Part shown: piece after piece, positions 40,782-52,088 of the stretch
Layout of the letters: every line of letters starts with the position of its first letter
Position numbering within the stretch: the stretch's first letter is position 1
NCBI GenBank assembly: GCA_963719035.1
Contig: CAVRAO010000002.1
Location: 640,001-704,000, forward strand
Source of the DNA: Methanobacteriota archaeon
GTDB lineage: Archaea > Halobacteriota > Bog-38 > Methanoflorentales > Methanoflorentaceae
Length of the DNA: 64,000 nt
Direction of reading: 5' to 3'
The notes under the pieces: model-generated
What the model was told of the DNA's origin: nothing
The model's database searches: none
The model's input: the letters and a program-made list of their open reading frames with translations, nothing else
Program-made: the position numbers and the translations under genes

Positions 40782-41258
40782 TCAGTGTCGTCGCCTAACG
40801 ACGGCTACGTCTCCGAGTGTTAAGTTTCCGGACGATTTGCCCTTTTGTGCTTTTTCTCGCCCGATTTCGATGAGAAGATTGACGTTAAGAGCCTTTTCGA
40901 GTTTCTTTCGGAGTTTATCGTCTGGTGTTAGTTCGTTTCGCTCAATTTTTTTTATCACAAGCGCTTTTTCCATTATCTTCGCTGCGAGTTGCTCCTGCGT
41001 TATCCCAGCTCTTTTTCGAGCGTTTTTTACGATCTCACTAAAGTCAGGATCGAGTTCACCCTCCATCTGTCGATATATATCCCTGTACCTAGTGCGGGAG
41101 TGCGCGGCAACTTTACTAGTGGGCCCAATAAACGTTTGAGGTCGACGAATTTCCGTACCAAGACTTCCGCACGCAGCACACGTTTCGAGCTCAGCCCCTT
41201 CAACAACAACGCGTTTAGACTTCCCAAGGATTTCTTTCCCGCATAATTCGCAGTGCAT
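40782..41258 (-). CDS. mbf1: archaeal multiprotein bridging factor 1 (Zn ribbon plus HTH)
   Basis: MHCELCG..VEGAEL..C..C, HTH TQEQLA, LTLGD; divergent from PAN. Confidence 0.92.
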   Translation of the reverse strand: MHCELCGKEILGKSKRVVVEGAELETCAACGSLGTEIRRPQTFIGPTSKVAAHSRTRYRDIYRQMEGELDPDFSEIVKNARKRAGITQEQLAAKIMEKALVIKKIERNELTPDDKLRKKLEKALNVNLLIEIGREKAQKGKSSGNLTLGDVAVVRRRH

Positions 41259-41303
41259 AGCTTTCCCCGAACAAAGGATATATAGCATGTAATATTAAAT
41301 ATC

Positions 41304-42545
41304 ATGCGGAGGAGACGACAGTGGAAGACTCTTTTGACGAAAGCGACAAGAAAGACAACCGACTTTTCTGAATACCTTCTTGATCGGGTTCGTCAACTGG
41401 AAGAACGCAATCTCAAGCTCCGCGATGCCAATCGCAAAGTCGAAAACGAAAAGAGATCTGCTGAGAATCAAAAGGTACGTTACGAACGTGAAGTAAGAAA
41501 ACTGAGAAGTGAGCTTGAACGGCTCAAAGGGCCGCCCTTGCTTGTTGGGACAGTGTTGGACGTCCTTGACGACAATCGAGTCGTTATTAAAAGCTCAACC
41601 GGTCCGAAGTTCGTGGTCAATGCTTCACAATTTATTGAACAAGAGCTCATCGCCGGCGCCAGAGTGGCGCTAAATCAACAATCCCTCGCCATCGTCGGCG
41701 CTTTACCACCGTCAAAGGACCCGACCGTGTATGGGATGGAAATCATTGAGACACCGACGGTGGGCTATGATGATATCGGCGGCCTTGACGCTCAGATCCA
41801 AGAGCTACGAGAGACTGTAGAACTCCCATTGTTGAAACCTGAGCTATTTAAACAAGTAGGCATTGAGCCGCCCAAAGGCGTACTTCTCTACGGGCCTCCG
41901 GGAACTGGCAAAACCCTTCTTGCGAAGGCAGTTGCAAAGCAAACTGAGTCAGTTTTCATTCGAATCGTAGGAAGTGAGCTCGTTCAGAAGTATATAGGTG
42001 AGGGGGCTCGCCTCGTTCGCGAGCTATTTGAAATGGCCAGGGAAAAGGCCCCCAGCATCATCTTCATCGATGAACTCGATGCCATTGGAGCGAAGCGTTT
42101 AGATAGCGCGACTTCGGGAGACCGTGAAGTACAGCGGACACTTATGCAGCTCCTCGCCGAAATGGACGGATTTGAAAACCGGGGCGAAGTCAAGATCATC
42201 GGGGCTACTAACAGAAGCGATATACTCGATCCTGCTTTGCTTAGGCCTGGACGCTTTGATCGCCTTATAGATATCCCACTCCCGACCTACGAAGCTCGCG
42301 TTGAAATAGTCAAGATCCACACGTCAGGAATGAACTTGGCCCAAGAGATCGATGCTGAGAGGATTGCCAAGCTCTCTGATGGGGCGAGCGGCGCTGATAT
42401 TAAAGCTATTGCAATGGAAGCCGGCATGTTTGCCATCCGCGCTGAGCGCGAGTCCGTGACGATCGTAGATTTCGACGATGCCGTCCGCAAAGTCATGGGC
42501 ATGCCTAAGGCAGAATCAAACCACTTGGAAGCAATGTTCGCGTAG
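41304..42545 (+). CDS. pan: proteasome-activating nucleotidase
   Basis: Coiled coil and OB region, [24 protein letters not shown]; true start may be GTG 41321 with an indel at 41351-41353. Confidence 0.96.
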   Translation: MRRRRQWKTLLTKATRKTTDFSEYLLDRVRQLEERNLKLRDANRKVENEKRSAENQKVRYEREVRKLRSELERLKGPPLLVGTVLDVLDDNRVVIKSSTGPKFVVNASQFIEQELIAGARVALNQQSLAIVGALPPSKDPTVYGMEIIETPTVGYDDIGGLDAQIQELRETVELPLLKPELFKQVGIEPPKGVLLYGPPGTGKTLLAKAVAKQTESVFIRIVGSELVQKYIGEGARLVRELFEMAREKAPSIIFIDELDAIGAKRLDSATSGDREVQRTLMQLLAEMDGFENRGEVKIIGATNRSDILDPALLRPGRFDRLIDIPLPTYEARVEIVKIHTSGMNLAQEIDAERIAKLSDGASGADIKAIAMEAGMFAIRAERESVTIVDFDDAVRKVMGMPKAESNHLEAMFA

Positions 42546-42630
42546 TCCCTTAGTTTTCCCCGTACGCTTCGAGTCTGACGAGTAGCAAAGATACTAACGC
42601 CTCACTACCACTCGCTGCTCGATATTACTT

Positions 42631-43224
42631 CTAAATCTCGCGATATGCAAGATAAAATCGCTGTAAAGCTGTGATATTGCTCGCAATTGCCACAAATACC
42701 ATCATCCAACCTAGCAATGAAAACCAGATAATCGTCTCTGAGAATACAAGACTAAACAGTGCTGCGAAAAAAACGAGCACGAGTCTGTCGGCTCTGCCGA
42801 GAAGGCCGCTATAATTCCTACCGATCCCAAGCGCTTGTGCCTGAGTTCCGAGGTAGCTCGTCATAAGAACTCCAACAATCGCGATCAGTCCAATCTGCCA
42901 CGCGACGTATCCACCTATCGTTATGCCACCGAAAATGAAAATATCAGAGTACCGGTCCAAAACGTGGTCAATCAAATCGCCTTGCCTCGACTCGCTATTT
43001 GAACTCCGCGCCAAACACCCGTCAAGAGCGTCAAAGAGTGCGTTACACGCAATTGCCACTATCGCCAGAGGGAGCACATGTACACAAAACGCCGCTCCAG
43101 CAACTATTGCCGAAATGACGGACAGCAAGCTGAGCTGATTTGCGCTCACACCATGCCGATAAAGCGTCCACGCGAGCGGATTCAAGATCCCCCGCATTCG
43201 TCCCCGATGTGCATCAAGCGTCAT
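42631..43224 (-). CDS. CDP-alcohol phosphatidyltransferase
   Basis: DALDGCLAR..GDLIDHVLDRYSD signature. Confidence 0.93.
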   Translation of the reverse strand: MTLDAHRGRMRGILNPLAWTLYRHGVSANQLSLLSVISAIVAGAAFCVHVLPLAIVAIACNALFDALDGCLARSSNSESRQGDLIDHVLDRYSDIFIFGGITIGGYVAWQIGLIAIVGVLMTSYLGTQAQALGIGRNYSGLLGRADRLVLVFFAALFSLVFSETIIWFSLLGWMMVFVAIASNITALQRFYLAYREI

Positions 43225-43732
43225 TCAAATAACCAGTCCAATCGTATTGGCCAACGACGAATCGCTCTAGCGAATGCCCTTGCGTAATCTCCCACACACG
43301 CTGGGCTGATGAACATAATCCTCCTGTCGAGTCAACTTCATATACGTTATTCCCGTGCAACCCAATAGCCTCAACAAGGATAACGTCAAGGATTTCAGCT
43401 TCGATATTTTCACGTATCTTGTTCTCGGAAAAACCCTTTTTCTGCAAACGGCCACGAAGTACGGCCGGATTCGTCCTAAGAACAATAACACGGTCGACTG
43501 GAAGCTGATGCGAAATATGTCCCTCTAGCACAAGGCCGTCTGCGAAAGGATGCGCTCTCAAGGCCTCAAGATCAACTACGCCACAGTTGCGATCATCATC
43601 CCACCCAATATAGTATCGGGAAGTACGAATCACTTCATTCAAGTCGACGACTTTTAGACCAAAGTCTTCTTTAAGCACGTTGCTTATGGCCGTCTTTCCA
43701 GTGCCTGGGGTTCCTGTAAGAGCAATTTTCAT
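43214..43732 (-). CDS. adenylate kinase, AK6/Fap7 family
   Basis: LTGTPGTGKT, LEGH, ENIEAE. Confidence 0.92.
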   Translation of the reverse strand: MKIALTGTPGTGKTAISNVLKEDFGLKVVDLNEVIRTSRYYIGWDDDRNCGVVDLEALRAHPFADGLVLEGHISHQLPVDRVIVLRTNPAVLRGRLQKKGFSENKIRENIEAEILDVILVEAIGLHGNNVYEVDSTGGLCSSAQRVWEITQGHSLERFVVGQYDWTGYLNDA

Positions 43733-43747
43733 AGGCGAATGAAGGCA

Positions 43748-44809
43748 TCAAACCGAATTTACGAATTCATTCATAGCATCGAGAAGCGCTGTATTCTGCC
43801 ATGGCTGGCCGACAGTGATTCTGATGTGCGAGTTCGAACACCCACGAAACGTGTCGCAGTTTCGAACGATTATGCCTCGGCGCAGCAGATATTCTGACAC
43901 GTCTTGTGCGGTGTAAGGCGCTGTGTCAACGAACACAAAGTTAGCTTCGGTGGGGTACGTCTTTAGAGGGAGCTTCTCGTGTAGGTACTGTCGGCCGTGT
44001 GCTACCATAGACACCGTTCTCTCCAAAAAGGCGTTATCTGACAGTGCTGCTACTCCCCCCTCGACCGCTAGTTGATTCACGGAAAATGCAAGCATATGTT
44101 TGTCGTAGTAGTGGGCTAGATCACAATCAAGCACGGCGTAGCCGAGACGCAGCCCTGCCAATCCGAACGCTTTTGAAAACGTCCTGCAGACCGCCAAGTT
44201 ATTAAAGTAATTGACCAAGTCAACGTGACTCTCTGTCGTAAACTCCACGTAGGCTTCGTCAAGCACTACTAGGGCCTCGGTCGATTTTAATAGGCGCTTT
44301 AGCGCTGCTTTTTCAATGGCATTTCCGGTCGGATTGTTTGGAGCACAGACAAAAACCAGCTTGGTGTCGTCTGTGATTGCTTCAATGATATTATCAATGT
44401 CGACTGAAAAGTCTTCGGCCCGGTTAACATAAACGCACGTGCCATGTCCAGCTTCGATGAGGACTTCATAATACGTGTACGTAGGTACAGGGATGATCGC
44501 CTGATCGCCAGGCACGAGGAGGGGCCTTACTAAGGTGTTCAGTAAATCGTCAGACCCATTGCCGACTATAATGCGCTCTGCGGAACACCCTATATAGCGC
44601 GCGATAGCTTCCTTCAGTTCCACGTATCCGTGGGAGGGATAAACGCTTATTTTGTTTACATGTCGCTTAATCGCTTCGACCGCTCGTGGGCTAGGCCCTA
44701 GCGCGTTTTCGTTTGACCCGAGTTTAATTACCTGGTCAGAACTGATACCGTACGCTCTAGCTACGTCATCGGCAGACCTACCGGGGATGTAAGTTGATGG
44801 CACGCTCAA
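43748..44809 (-). CDS. hisC: histidinol-phosphate aminotransferase
   Basis: KLGSNEN, PNNPTG, DEAY, RTFSKAFGLAGLRLGY. Confidence 0.95.
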   Translation of the reverse strand: MSVPSTYIPGRSADDVARAYGISSDQVIKLGSNENALGPSPRAVEAIKRHVNKISVYPSHGYVELKEAIARYIGCSAERIIVGNGSDDLLNTLVRPLLVPGDQAIIPVPTYTYYEVLIEAGHGTCVYVNRAEDFSVDIDNIIEAITDDTKLVFVCAPNNPTGNAIEKAALKRLLKSTEALVVLDEAYVEFTTESHVDLVNYFNNLAVCRTFSKAFGLAGLRLGYAVLDCDLAHYYDKHMLAFSVNQLAVEGGVAALSDNAFLERTVSMVAHGRQYLHEKLPLKTYPTEANFVFVDTAPYTAQDVSEYLLRRGIIVRNCDTFRGCSNSHIRITVGQPWQNTALLDAMNEFVNSV

Positions 44810-45953
44810 TTACCGTTATGGCCGCTTCAATTTGCTCTTTTGTGATTACCAGAGGGGGCACGAACCTTAAAACGTTTTCTGAGGTGTTATTTAGCAATAC
44901 ACCGTTCTCTCGGGCATAGTCAACAACAGAGCGAACAGGTCGCGACAATTCGTGCCCAACCATAAGTCCCTTGCCCCTAATGTCAATCGTGTCTGGCGAT
45001 TCGAGATCACTTAGGAGTGTCTTCAGCAGCTCACCCTTGTATCGTGATTGCTCGACGAGATTCTCGCTTTCAATTACGTCGATCGTTGCTAGAGCTGCAG
45101 CACATGCAAGAGGTGTGCCACTTTGCGTGCCGCCGTGATCCCCAGGCATGAACTGGCAAGACTCACGCGACATCATCGCACCGACGGGAAAGCCGCCGCC
45201 CATGGCCTTTGCAAGCGTCATAATGTCTGGTACGACGTTAGCGTGCTCGCAGGCAAACCACTTTCCCGTTCGTGCAAAGCCAGTTTGCACTTCGTCGACG
45301 ATTAAGACGATATCGCGCTCTGTACAGAGCTCGCGAACCGCAACGAGATAATCATCGGGTGGTACATTAACCCCCCCCTCTCCCTGAATCGGTTCGACAA
45401 TGACTGCGGCTGTATCGGCCGTAACTGCCCGAGCGATAGCGTTTGCGTCGCCATAGTTAACGAAGGTGACATTATCAATCAACGGCTCGAACGGTTGTCG
45501 GATTGTCTCTTTCCACGTCACACTAAGTGAACCCATAGTCCGCCCGTGGAATGCGTTTTTGGTCGAAATGAAACCCTTCTTGCCGGTTACCCTCCTCGCA
45601 AGCTTCATCGCGGATTCATTGGACTCCGCTCCGGAGTTTGTCAGGTAACAGCGCTCCATTCCGGTCAGTTTTGTCATGCGTTCAGCCAAACGCGCTTGAA
45701 TCTCTGTGTAGTAAAGGTTTGAGGTGTGGATGAGCTTCTCTGCTTGTACTTTGATGGCATTGACCACGCGTGGATGACAATGACCTACATTGTTAACTGC
45801 GATCCCAGCGACGCAATCGATGTAGTCATTGCCGTCTATATCCGAAACGATCGCACCGCTACCGCGTTCAATCACCAGCGGTTCACGCGTGAACACCGGC
45901 ATATAATGCTGCGACTCTTTGGCGATTACTTTTTCTTTTTCGCTCGCCCTCAT
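44778..45953 (-). CDS. argD: acetylornithine aminotransferase (class III)
   Basis: [35 protein letters not shown]. Confidence 0.93.
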   Translation of the reverse strand: MRASEKEKVIAKESQHYMPVFTREPLVIERGSGAIVSDIDGNDYIDCVAGIAVNNVGHCHPRVVNAIKVQAEKLIHTSNLYYTEIQARLAERMTKLTGMERCYLTNSGAESNESAMKLARRVTGKKGFISTKNAFHGRTMGSLSVTWKETIRQPFEPLIDNVTFVNYGDANAIARAVTADTAAVIVEPIQGEGGVNVPPDDYLVAVRELCTERDIVLIVDEVQTGFARTGKWFACEHANVVPDIMTLAKAMGGGFPVGAMMSRESCQFMPGDHGGTQSGTPLACAAALATIDVIESENLVEQSRYKGELLKTLLSDLESPDTIDIRGKGLMVGHELSRPVRSVVDYARENGVLLNNTSENVLRFVPPLVITKEQIEAAITVIERAINLHPR

Positions 45954-46047
45954 TTCTTGCCACCTCCTAAACAGCGCCTAAAAGGATTGGTTGGTCCGCA
46001 TATAGTAGCGAACATCTCAGAGGTTTATAGTGTGTATGGCTTACACG

Positions 46048-46962
46048 CTACTCAAACTCGATGGTTGCCGGCGGTTTCGGCGTGATATCATAAACCACAC
46101 GCGCGACGTCAGGGAGTTCGCTTGTCATGCGTGAAGCGATTTTCCGAAGCACTTCGTAAGATAATTCAAGCAAATCAGCGGTCATCCCGTCTCGCGACTG
46201 CACAGCGCGCACGGCAATTATCCAACCGTGCACACGCACATCGCCTTTGACGCCGGTTCCTTTCTCCAGCAACGCTGCAAAAGTCTGCCACGGATTGTGC
46301 TTTAATATCTCTTGCTCGACTATCGCATTCGCTTCACGAACGATACGAAGCTTCTCCTCAGTTACTTCACCAATAATTCGGACAGCTAGCCCCGGTCCAG
46401 GAAACGGCATCCGCTCACTGACCTTGGGTGGCAATTTAAGTGCCCGAGCGAGCTCACGAACTTCATCCTTATACAAATACTTAAGCGGCTCGACCACCCC
46501 CTCGAACTCCATCACGGAAGGAAGACCACCCACGTTATGATGCGATTTGATCTCTCCTTCAGATTCTATGATATCTGGATAAATGGTGCCTTGCACTAAG
46601 TAACTCACTTGCTTATGTCTTGCCACTTCTTCAAATATGCGTATAAAGGTCTCGCCGACTGCTTTCCGCTTCTCTTCGGGGTCTATAACCCCTTGAAGCG
46701 CATTGATAAACCGCTCCTTCGCGTCGATCACGGTCAACGGCATATAACGAAATACTTTCCTGATGTTTTCAGTCTCGCCCTTCCTCATGAGCCCCGTATC
46801 GACGTATACAGGGTAGAGACGGTCTCCCAACGCTTGATAAGCAAGTGTGGCACAAACAGAGCTATCTACCCCCCCAGAGAGGGCGATGATTGCTCTCTGA
46901 GTTCCCACTTCTTTCTTGATTTCTGCAATCGCTTCCTCAATGAACTTCTCTGCGTTTACCAT
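46048..46962 (-). CDS. guaAB: GMP synthase subunit B (ATP pyrophosphatase)
   Basis: [33 protein letters not shown]; start MVNAEKF. Confidence 0.96.
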   Translation of the reverse strand: MVNAEKFIEEAIAEIKKEVGTQRAIIALSGGVDSSVCATLAYQALGDRLYPVYVDTGLMRKGETENIRKVFRYMPLTVIDAKERFINALQGVIDPEEKRKAVGETFIRIFEEVARHKQVSYLVQGTIYPDIIESEGEIKSHHNVGGLPSVMEFEGVVEPLKYLYKDEVRELARALKLPPKVSERMPFPGPGLAVRIIGEVTEEKLRIVREANAIVEQEILKHNPWQTFAALLEKGTGVKGDVRVHGWIIAVRAVQSRDGMTADLLELSYEVLRKIASRMTSELPDVARVVYDITPKPPATIEFE

Positions 46963-47012
46963 ATGTTGATTCTCTGCTTCTGCTTCTATTGATCGCGTCA
47001 CTAAGCCTCGCG

Positions 47013-48572
47013 TCACGCGCTGATGTTCATGTTGAGTACAGAACGCACAAACTCACGAAATGGGGGCGATGGCCGACCCGGTCGAGACTTAAACTCGGGA
47101 TGGAACTGCGTTCCAACGAAGAACCTTTTTGTCGGAATCTCTGCAATCTCCATTCTTATTCCATCTCGCGCCTTCCCTGAAAACAGCATTCCATTTTTTT
47201 CGATAAGCTCAATACAATCCGGATTAACTTCGAACCGATGCCTATGACGTTCGGTCACCTCTAAACTATTATATATAGAATGCGCGCGCGTCTCAGGCGA
47301 GATAATAACGTCGTAGTTGCCCAGTCGCATAGTACCCCCCATATGATCAACGTCAAGCTGTTCGGGAAGTACATCAATGACGTGAACCCCCGTAGGATCC
47401 AATTCAGCGCTCGTTGCTTCTAGCCCTAACACGTGCCGACAAAACTCGACTATTGCAAGTTGGAAGCCAAAGCAGATCCCTAAAAAAGGAATGTCATTTT
47501 CGCGCGCGAAGCGGATCGCATCTATTTTCCCCTCGCTTCCTCGAGGACCAAACCCATGTGCGACTAAAATTCCATGTACCGCTCTGAGAGCCTCGAGAGC
47601 GTGCGGGTCTTCTGAGTCGACGAGCTTAACGTCAATGCCTCCCCCTAAAGCACTTGCTGCGTGCTTGATTGCCTCTTTTATGCTGAAATAGGCATCTTCA
47701 AACATATATTTGCCAACGATGGCGATCGATCGAGACATAGGGGGGTTCTTCATCACGTCCCACGAGCTCACAGGCTTCTTTTCGAGTTCGAGCTTCTCAA
47801 CAAGGTAATCCCCTAACCCTTCAAGCTCAAGGAGCGAGGGCACCTGGTAGATGTCAGGCACGTCATAGCAGCTTATGACGGCGTTCAATGGAACGTCACA
47901 AAACAACGAGATCTTGGCTCGCGCATCTTTTCCCAGCGGCGTTTTTGCGCGGCCAACAATGACGTCGGGACTAAGGCCAAGCTCTCTTAAGCTCTTTACC
48001 GAGTGTTGGGTCGGCTTCGTTTTGTGATCGCCGGTCATGTCCTCCGGGACAAGCGTTACGTGGAGCAACACAAAGTGGTCCTCCTCGCTGTGCATTTGTC
48101 TAACGGCTTCTAAAAAAGGCATGCTCTCTATATCGCCGACGGTGCCACCGACCTCAACTACACATATATCAGCCTTAGCTTTATCCGCAACGGTCCTAAT
48201 GCTATCCTTTATTTCATCGGTTATGTGAGGGATAATCTGAACCGTTTTTCCTAAGTAATCCCCGCGTCGCTCTTTTTCGATGACAGACTTATAGATCTTA
48301 CCTGTCGTGATGTTATGATCGCCAGTGAGCTCGATATCGAGGAACCGTTCATAGTTACCAAGGTCGAGATCAACTTCGGCCCCGTCCTTAAGCACGAATA
48401 CCTCGCCATGTTGAAAGGGATTCATGGTCCCTGCATCGATGTTTATATACGGATCAATCTTTACCGCCGTAACGTTGTACCCGCGGTTAATGAAAAGTCG
48501 ACCCGCAGAAGCGGCTGTGATGCCTTTGCCAAGACCGCTCATAACTCCGCCAGTAACAACAACGTATCGCAT
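47013..48572 (-). CDS. pyrG: CTP synthase
   Basis: [32 protein letters not shown]. Confidence 0.98.
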   Translation of the reverse strand: MRYVVVTGGVMSGLGKGITAASAGRLFINRGYNVTAVKIDPYINIDAGTMNPFQHGEVFVLKDGAEVDLDLGNYERFLDIELTGDHNITTGKIYKSVIEKERRGDYLGKTVQIIPHITDEIKDSIRTVADKAKADICVVEVGGTVGDIESMPFLEAVRQMHSEEDHFVLLHVTLVPEDMTGDHKTKPTQHSVKSLRELGLSPDVIVGRAKTPLGKDARAKISLFCDVPLNAVISCYDVPDIYQVPSLLELEGLGDYLVEKLELEKKPVSSWDVMKNPPMSRSIAIVGKYMFEDAYFSIKEAIKHAASALGGGIDVKLVDSEDPHALEALRAVHGILVAHGFGPRGSEGKIDAIRFARENDIPFLGICFGFQLAIVEFCRHVLGLEATSAELDPTGVHVIDVLPEQLDVDHMGGTMRLGNYDVIISPETRAHSIYNSLEVTERHRHRFEVNPDCIELIEKNGMLFSGKARDGIRMEIAEIPTKRFFVGTQFHPEFKSRPGRPSPPFREFVRSVLNMNISA

Positions 48573-48755
48573 CTTTTAGCTCCCCACAATCCCAAAGATG
48601 ATTTTATTGTTCTAATATGCTGCTGAAAAGCTATTTATACTACAGAACAGTGCACGACGTGACTGTGGAAGGCTTTTGTCGCCAAAAGTCGGCGAGATCG
48701 ACACTCGAGACCCACTGCGTCGAACGACGATTCAGTCACCTCTAACCAGAACTCG

Positions 48756-49451
48756 TCAGTCTAACAGCCTCCACGTGTAGTACGCTAAGACTACGATGAC
48801 AATGAAACCAAGAATGGCCACGCCATAGCTGATGCTGCCAGCAAGGAGAAGCAGCAGCGCAATAATCACGCCAATTCCCAAGAGGATGTATGGAAGATTC
48901 CTCATCCTCCTGATTCTCTTTATGTCCAGATGAAGATCGGGCCACTGCAGGTGCATTTCAGGCCGCTGAACCTGAGGAGAATGTGCTTTGCTGCGAAGAT
49001 CGGGCCACTGCAGGTGCATTTCAGGCCGCCGAAGCTGAGGAGAATGTGCTTTGCTGCGATAATCTGGCCGCGAAAGGTCGTCATCGACCTCAATGGCATC
49101 AAGCGGCTGTTCGTCCTCTAGATGTCCAATTTGCAGAATGAAGCTCTCCTCTCGCGAACCATATCCTGTGGATATGCTTATCTCCCCTTCATATAGCTCC
49201 TGTTGGCCTATAGGATTTGAAATTGTCGCGGTGAGTAGTTCCTCACCATCGACATATGGGTTGTTGCGATTGAAGGTGACTTTATCTTTTACCGCACCCC
49301 GCGATGAGAGATAAATATGGGTGGGGGCCTCAAAATTAATCACGTCGATATCGAGCGTCGCTTTTCCGCCGGGCTTGAGCGGGAGTCGAATTACGGGTTC
49401 TTCTACCTCTATTGACTGCAATCCCTTCCTGTTAATATACACGCTTTGCAT
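48756..49451 (-). CDS. conserved archaeal protein: beta-rich N-domain plus C-terminal TM hairpin (DUF7524-like)
   Basis: VYINRKGLQSIE, ISTGYG; two C-terminal TM segments; follows trm112. Confidence 0.75.
   Translation of the reverse strand: MQSVYINRKGLQSIEVEEPVIRLPLKPGGKATLDIDVINFEAPTHIYLSSRGAVKDKVTFNRNNPYVDGEELLTATISNPIGQQELYEGEISISTGYGSREESFILQIGHLEDEQPLDAIEVDDDLSRPDYRSKAHSPQLRRPEMHLQWPDLRSKAHSPQVQRPEMHLQWPDLHLDIKRIRRMRNLPYILLGIGVIIALLLLLAGSISYGVAILGFIVIVVLAYYTWRLLD
48932..49059. repeat. tandem duplication, 63-bp period, 2 mismatches
   Basis: 48932-48994 and 48995-49057; RSKAHSPQxxRPEMHLQWPDL twice. Confidence 0.95.
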
Positions 49452-49455
49452 ATGT

Positions 49456-49635
49456 TCACCTCAATTCAGGCGGCAGTAAATTGGGGATCCCGTCATGTAT
49501 CGGATAGTATTCACTACAGACCTTACAGTAGAACGTGCCTTTGATGATCTCGCCTGCCTCTTCGCCCTCGACGCTCAGTAATAACGGGCCTTTGCATACA
49601 GGACAGCACAATATTCTCAGCAACTCTCGTTTCAT
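49456..49635 (-). CDS. trm112: methyltransferase activator Trm112 (59 aa; absent from the ORF track)
   Basis: Hand translation MKRELLRILCCPVCKGPL..CKVCSEYYPIHDGIPNLLPPELR. Confidence 0.93.
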   Translation of the reverse strand: MKRELLRILCCPVCKGPLLLSVEGEEAGEIIKGTFYCKVCSEYYPIHDGIPNLLPPELR

Positions 49636-49662
49636 TTTAGCCGCCCTATAGGACTTACGTTA

Positions 49663-50685
49663 TCACGCGCGGGTAAGTTTTTCCTCTCTCAAGTCGATTA
49701 TCTCAGCTAACTCTGGTCCAGTTGAAAGCAGTGTAAATGGAACGCCAACTTCCTCCTCCGCTTTGCGCAGGAACGTCCGCACCTTTGTCGACAAATCGTC
49801 GTACTGGTCGACCCCTCTGACACTTGGATCAAGCTTGTCGAGCCCGGTAATCGCAACCTGCGTCGCTCCGTTTATCATGGCAGAATATGCAGCCATTTTA
49901 GGGTCCCACCAGCCAATACGCCGTGGCCGTCCGGTAACGGTGCCAAATTCCTCAATTTCCAGTTTTTTGGCCTCTCCTTCACTCATTTGAGTCTCAAAGG
50001 GTCCCTCACCGACGCGAGTAGGAAATGTCTTGAAGACCACGATCGTTTCGTCGATACGCGTCGGACCGACTCCGACGTCAGCTGCAATCTGAGAGGCCGT
50101 CGTATCTTTTGACGTCACATATGGAAAGGTCCCGTAGTAGAGCGAGATGCCGAACCCTTGTGAGCCCTCCAAAATCACGTTTTCCTCGGCCTTGAGAGCT
50201 TGGTTTATTTCGGCCGCTGTGTCGGTCAAAAACGGCGCGAGCTCTTGTACCTCATTAGCTTGGATTGTCGTTCTTCTCGCTCGATCGGCCGCAGCCGGCC
50301 CGCATCCAGTCCCGGTCGACCCGATCGTGCGCGAAAGGTGGGGGTCCTCTTTATCGAGGGTTATATGTTTCATTTCGATTATCGCGCAACGGTAATCAAC
50401 GCCGAGGCGCCTCGCTTCTTCAAGCAACTCGACTTCACTGAGGAGCACGCGCGGATCTATAAGTACGCCTGCGCCAATGAGCAGGCGCGCGTTTGCGTAC
50501 ACAAAACCTGAGGGTATCATGCGCACGCCGAACTTCCGCCCACGAACGTCAATAGTATGGCCCGCATTAGGGCCAATCCCACCGCGAGCAATGATTGTAG
50601 GTTTATCAGCAAACGCCATGTGCGCTACTATCTTACCCTTTCCTTCGTCTCCAAAGAAGCCCCCAACAATTATCGTCGATCCCAT
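49663..50685 (-). CDS. purA: adenylosuccinate synthetase (short archaeal type)
   Basis: FGDEGKGK, GPNAGH, EGSQG, FPTRVGEGPF, GTVTGRPRR; start MGSTII. Confidence 0.97.
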   Translation of the reverse strand: MGSTIIVGGFFGDEGKGKIVAHMAFADKPTIIARGGIGPNAGHTIDVRGRKFGVRMIPSGFVYANARLLIGAGVLIDPRVLLSEVELLEEARRLGVDYRCAIIEMKHITLDKEDPHLSRTIGSTGTGCGPAAADRARRTTIQANEVQELAPFLTDTAAEINQALKAEENVILEGSQGFGISLYYGTFPYVTSKDTTASQIAADVGVGPTRIDETIVVFKTFPTRVGEGPFETQMSEGEAKKLEIEEFGTVTGRPRRIGWWDPKMAAYSAMINGATQVAITGLDKLDPSVRGVDQYDDLSTKVRTFLRKAEEEVGVPFTLLSTGPELAEIIDLREEKLTRA

Positions 50686-51206
50686 AAGCAGTATCTCAAA
50701 CTGATATCTCAAACTAATGAAATGACGTCCTTTTGCGTGTAATAACGCGCCTGAAACGTCACAAAGACTCGGTGAACAGTATAGGTTTGAAATATAAAAA
50801 AACATGCATTCACCTTTGACTCCGTGGGACAGCGTGGTGGACTACAAAGAAGCGTGCAGATGTCATTGCGACCTGCGGATTTGAAGCGCTGCAGGACGTG
50901 AAAGTAGATTACGTCCCGTCAAACACTGAACGCACGCAGTGGCATAAAAAGAGAAGAAAATTCGCTGTGCAGATAGCGACTAGAGAGCACTTGTAAGATC
51001 GTCCTGTGTAAACGAAAGAGTTGGACCAACTAAGTTCAAATCGAGCTACAAAAAGCGGATACGTAACTCCGCTGCACGAGGCTCTTTCTAGTAACTTCTT
51101 GAATCACGCTCTGCACAAGTAATATGCTTCTTGGCCTGCTAGACTTTTTCGTGCAATTTTCGACGTCTTAACAAACAACCAATGCGAGAGCTCGTATAAC
51201 GCTCGT

Positions 51207-52088
51207 TTATATTGGTGAAATGAAGCGAGGGCGCCTGTACATTCCATATACAAGGATTATGATGGGAACAACAATCATAAGAACAAGCAGAGTGGTTACA
51301 ACTGCTGGTGAAAGCGCGAGGAAGTTGAAGGGCGAAAAATCGTTTTCCGGACGCACCGCCGGCAGCAGAAGACCTAAAACGCCAACGATCAGTATAACAT
51401 AGAGTATAGCGCTCGTAACCATCGAGACTGCGTTTTGCGAGCTGTTTGCGAGCATTTTAAAAGGAGCGCCTTTCTCTTGGTAGATAAGCCCCAGAATAAC
51501 CATATCGCCTACGAGGGTTTCACTGCTGGAGTTTTTCTGCTGAAATAGCAGCCCAGAGATGTTAAATCCGTTGAGGCGCTTGAGCATCTCCCCCTCTGGT
51601 CCTTCAAAGATAATCCCTACAATCGCCGCTCCGTTAAGAATCTTCAGGTCAGCCCGTGCTCCTGTTGTGAGCTGCTCCTCACCTGTGCCCTGGTCACGAC
51701 AGACGATCCCAACTATTTGCGACCCGCTAAGGGGCCCTTGCTGAGGTGCACTTGATGCCTCGCGCGACGGGTCGGCGTTCTCTGGTCCGCCCGCTTTGTC
51801 ACCCTGGACAACCCCCCTGTTCTGAAATATCACGCCTTTGATTTTTTCACTTCTGAGGATTTGTTCATCCAAGCCAGCCCCCCTTCGATGCACGATCCCT
51901 GTCACCTGAAAACCACTGACCAGCTTGTCCTCGGTGGCGTTCTCTTCACGGTAAGTGAAACCGGTAATCGGGACGCCGTCGAACAATTTGATGCTATTTG
52001 CAAGTCCGCCCACGAGCTGCGTATCCGTCGAACCCTTTTCCTGGTATAGAATCCCAGTGACGATGGACGAACCTTCTGGATCTTTCAT
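51207..52088 (-). CDS. unrecognised 8x21-aa repeat protein with C-terminal TM hairpin (pair 1, anchored)
   Basis: Eight units of h.G(I/V/F)h(Y/F)(Q/R)....Lh; two TM segments; ATGA overlap with the upstream gene. Confidence 0.85.
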   Translation of the reverse strand: MKDPEGSSIVTGILYQEKGSTDTQLVGGLANSIKLFDGVPITGFTYREENATEDKLVSGFQVTGIVHRRGAGLDEQILRSEKIKGVIFQNRGVVQGDKAGGPENADPSREASSAPQQGPLSGSQIVGIVCRDQGTGEEQLTTGARADLKILNGAAIVGIIFEGPEGEMLKRLNGFNISGLLFQQKNSSSETLVGDMVILGLIYQEKGAPFKMLANSSQNAVSMVTSAILYVILIVGVLGLLLPAVRPENDFSPFNFLALSPAVVTTLLVLMIVVPIIILVYGMYRRPRFISPI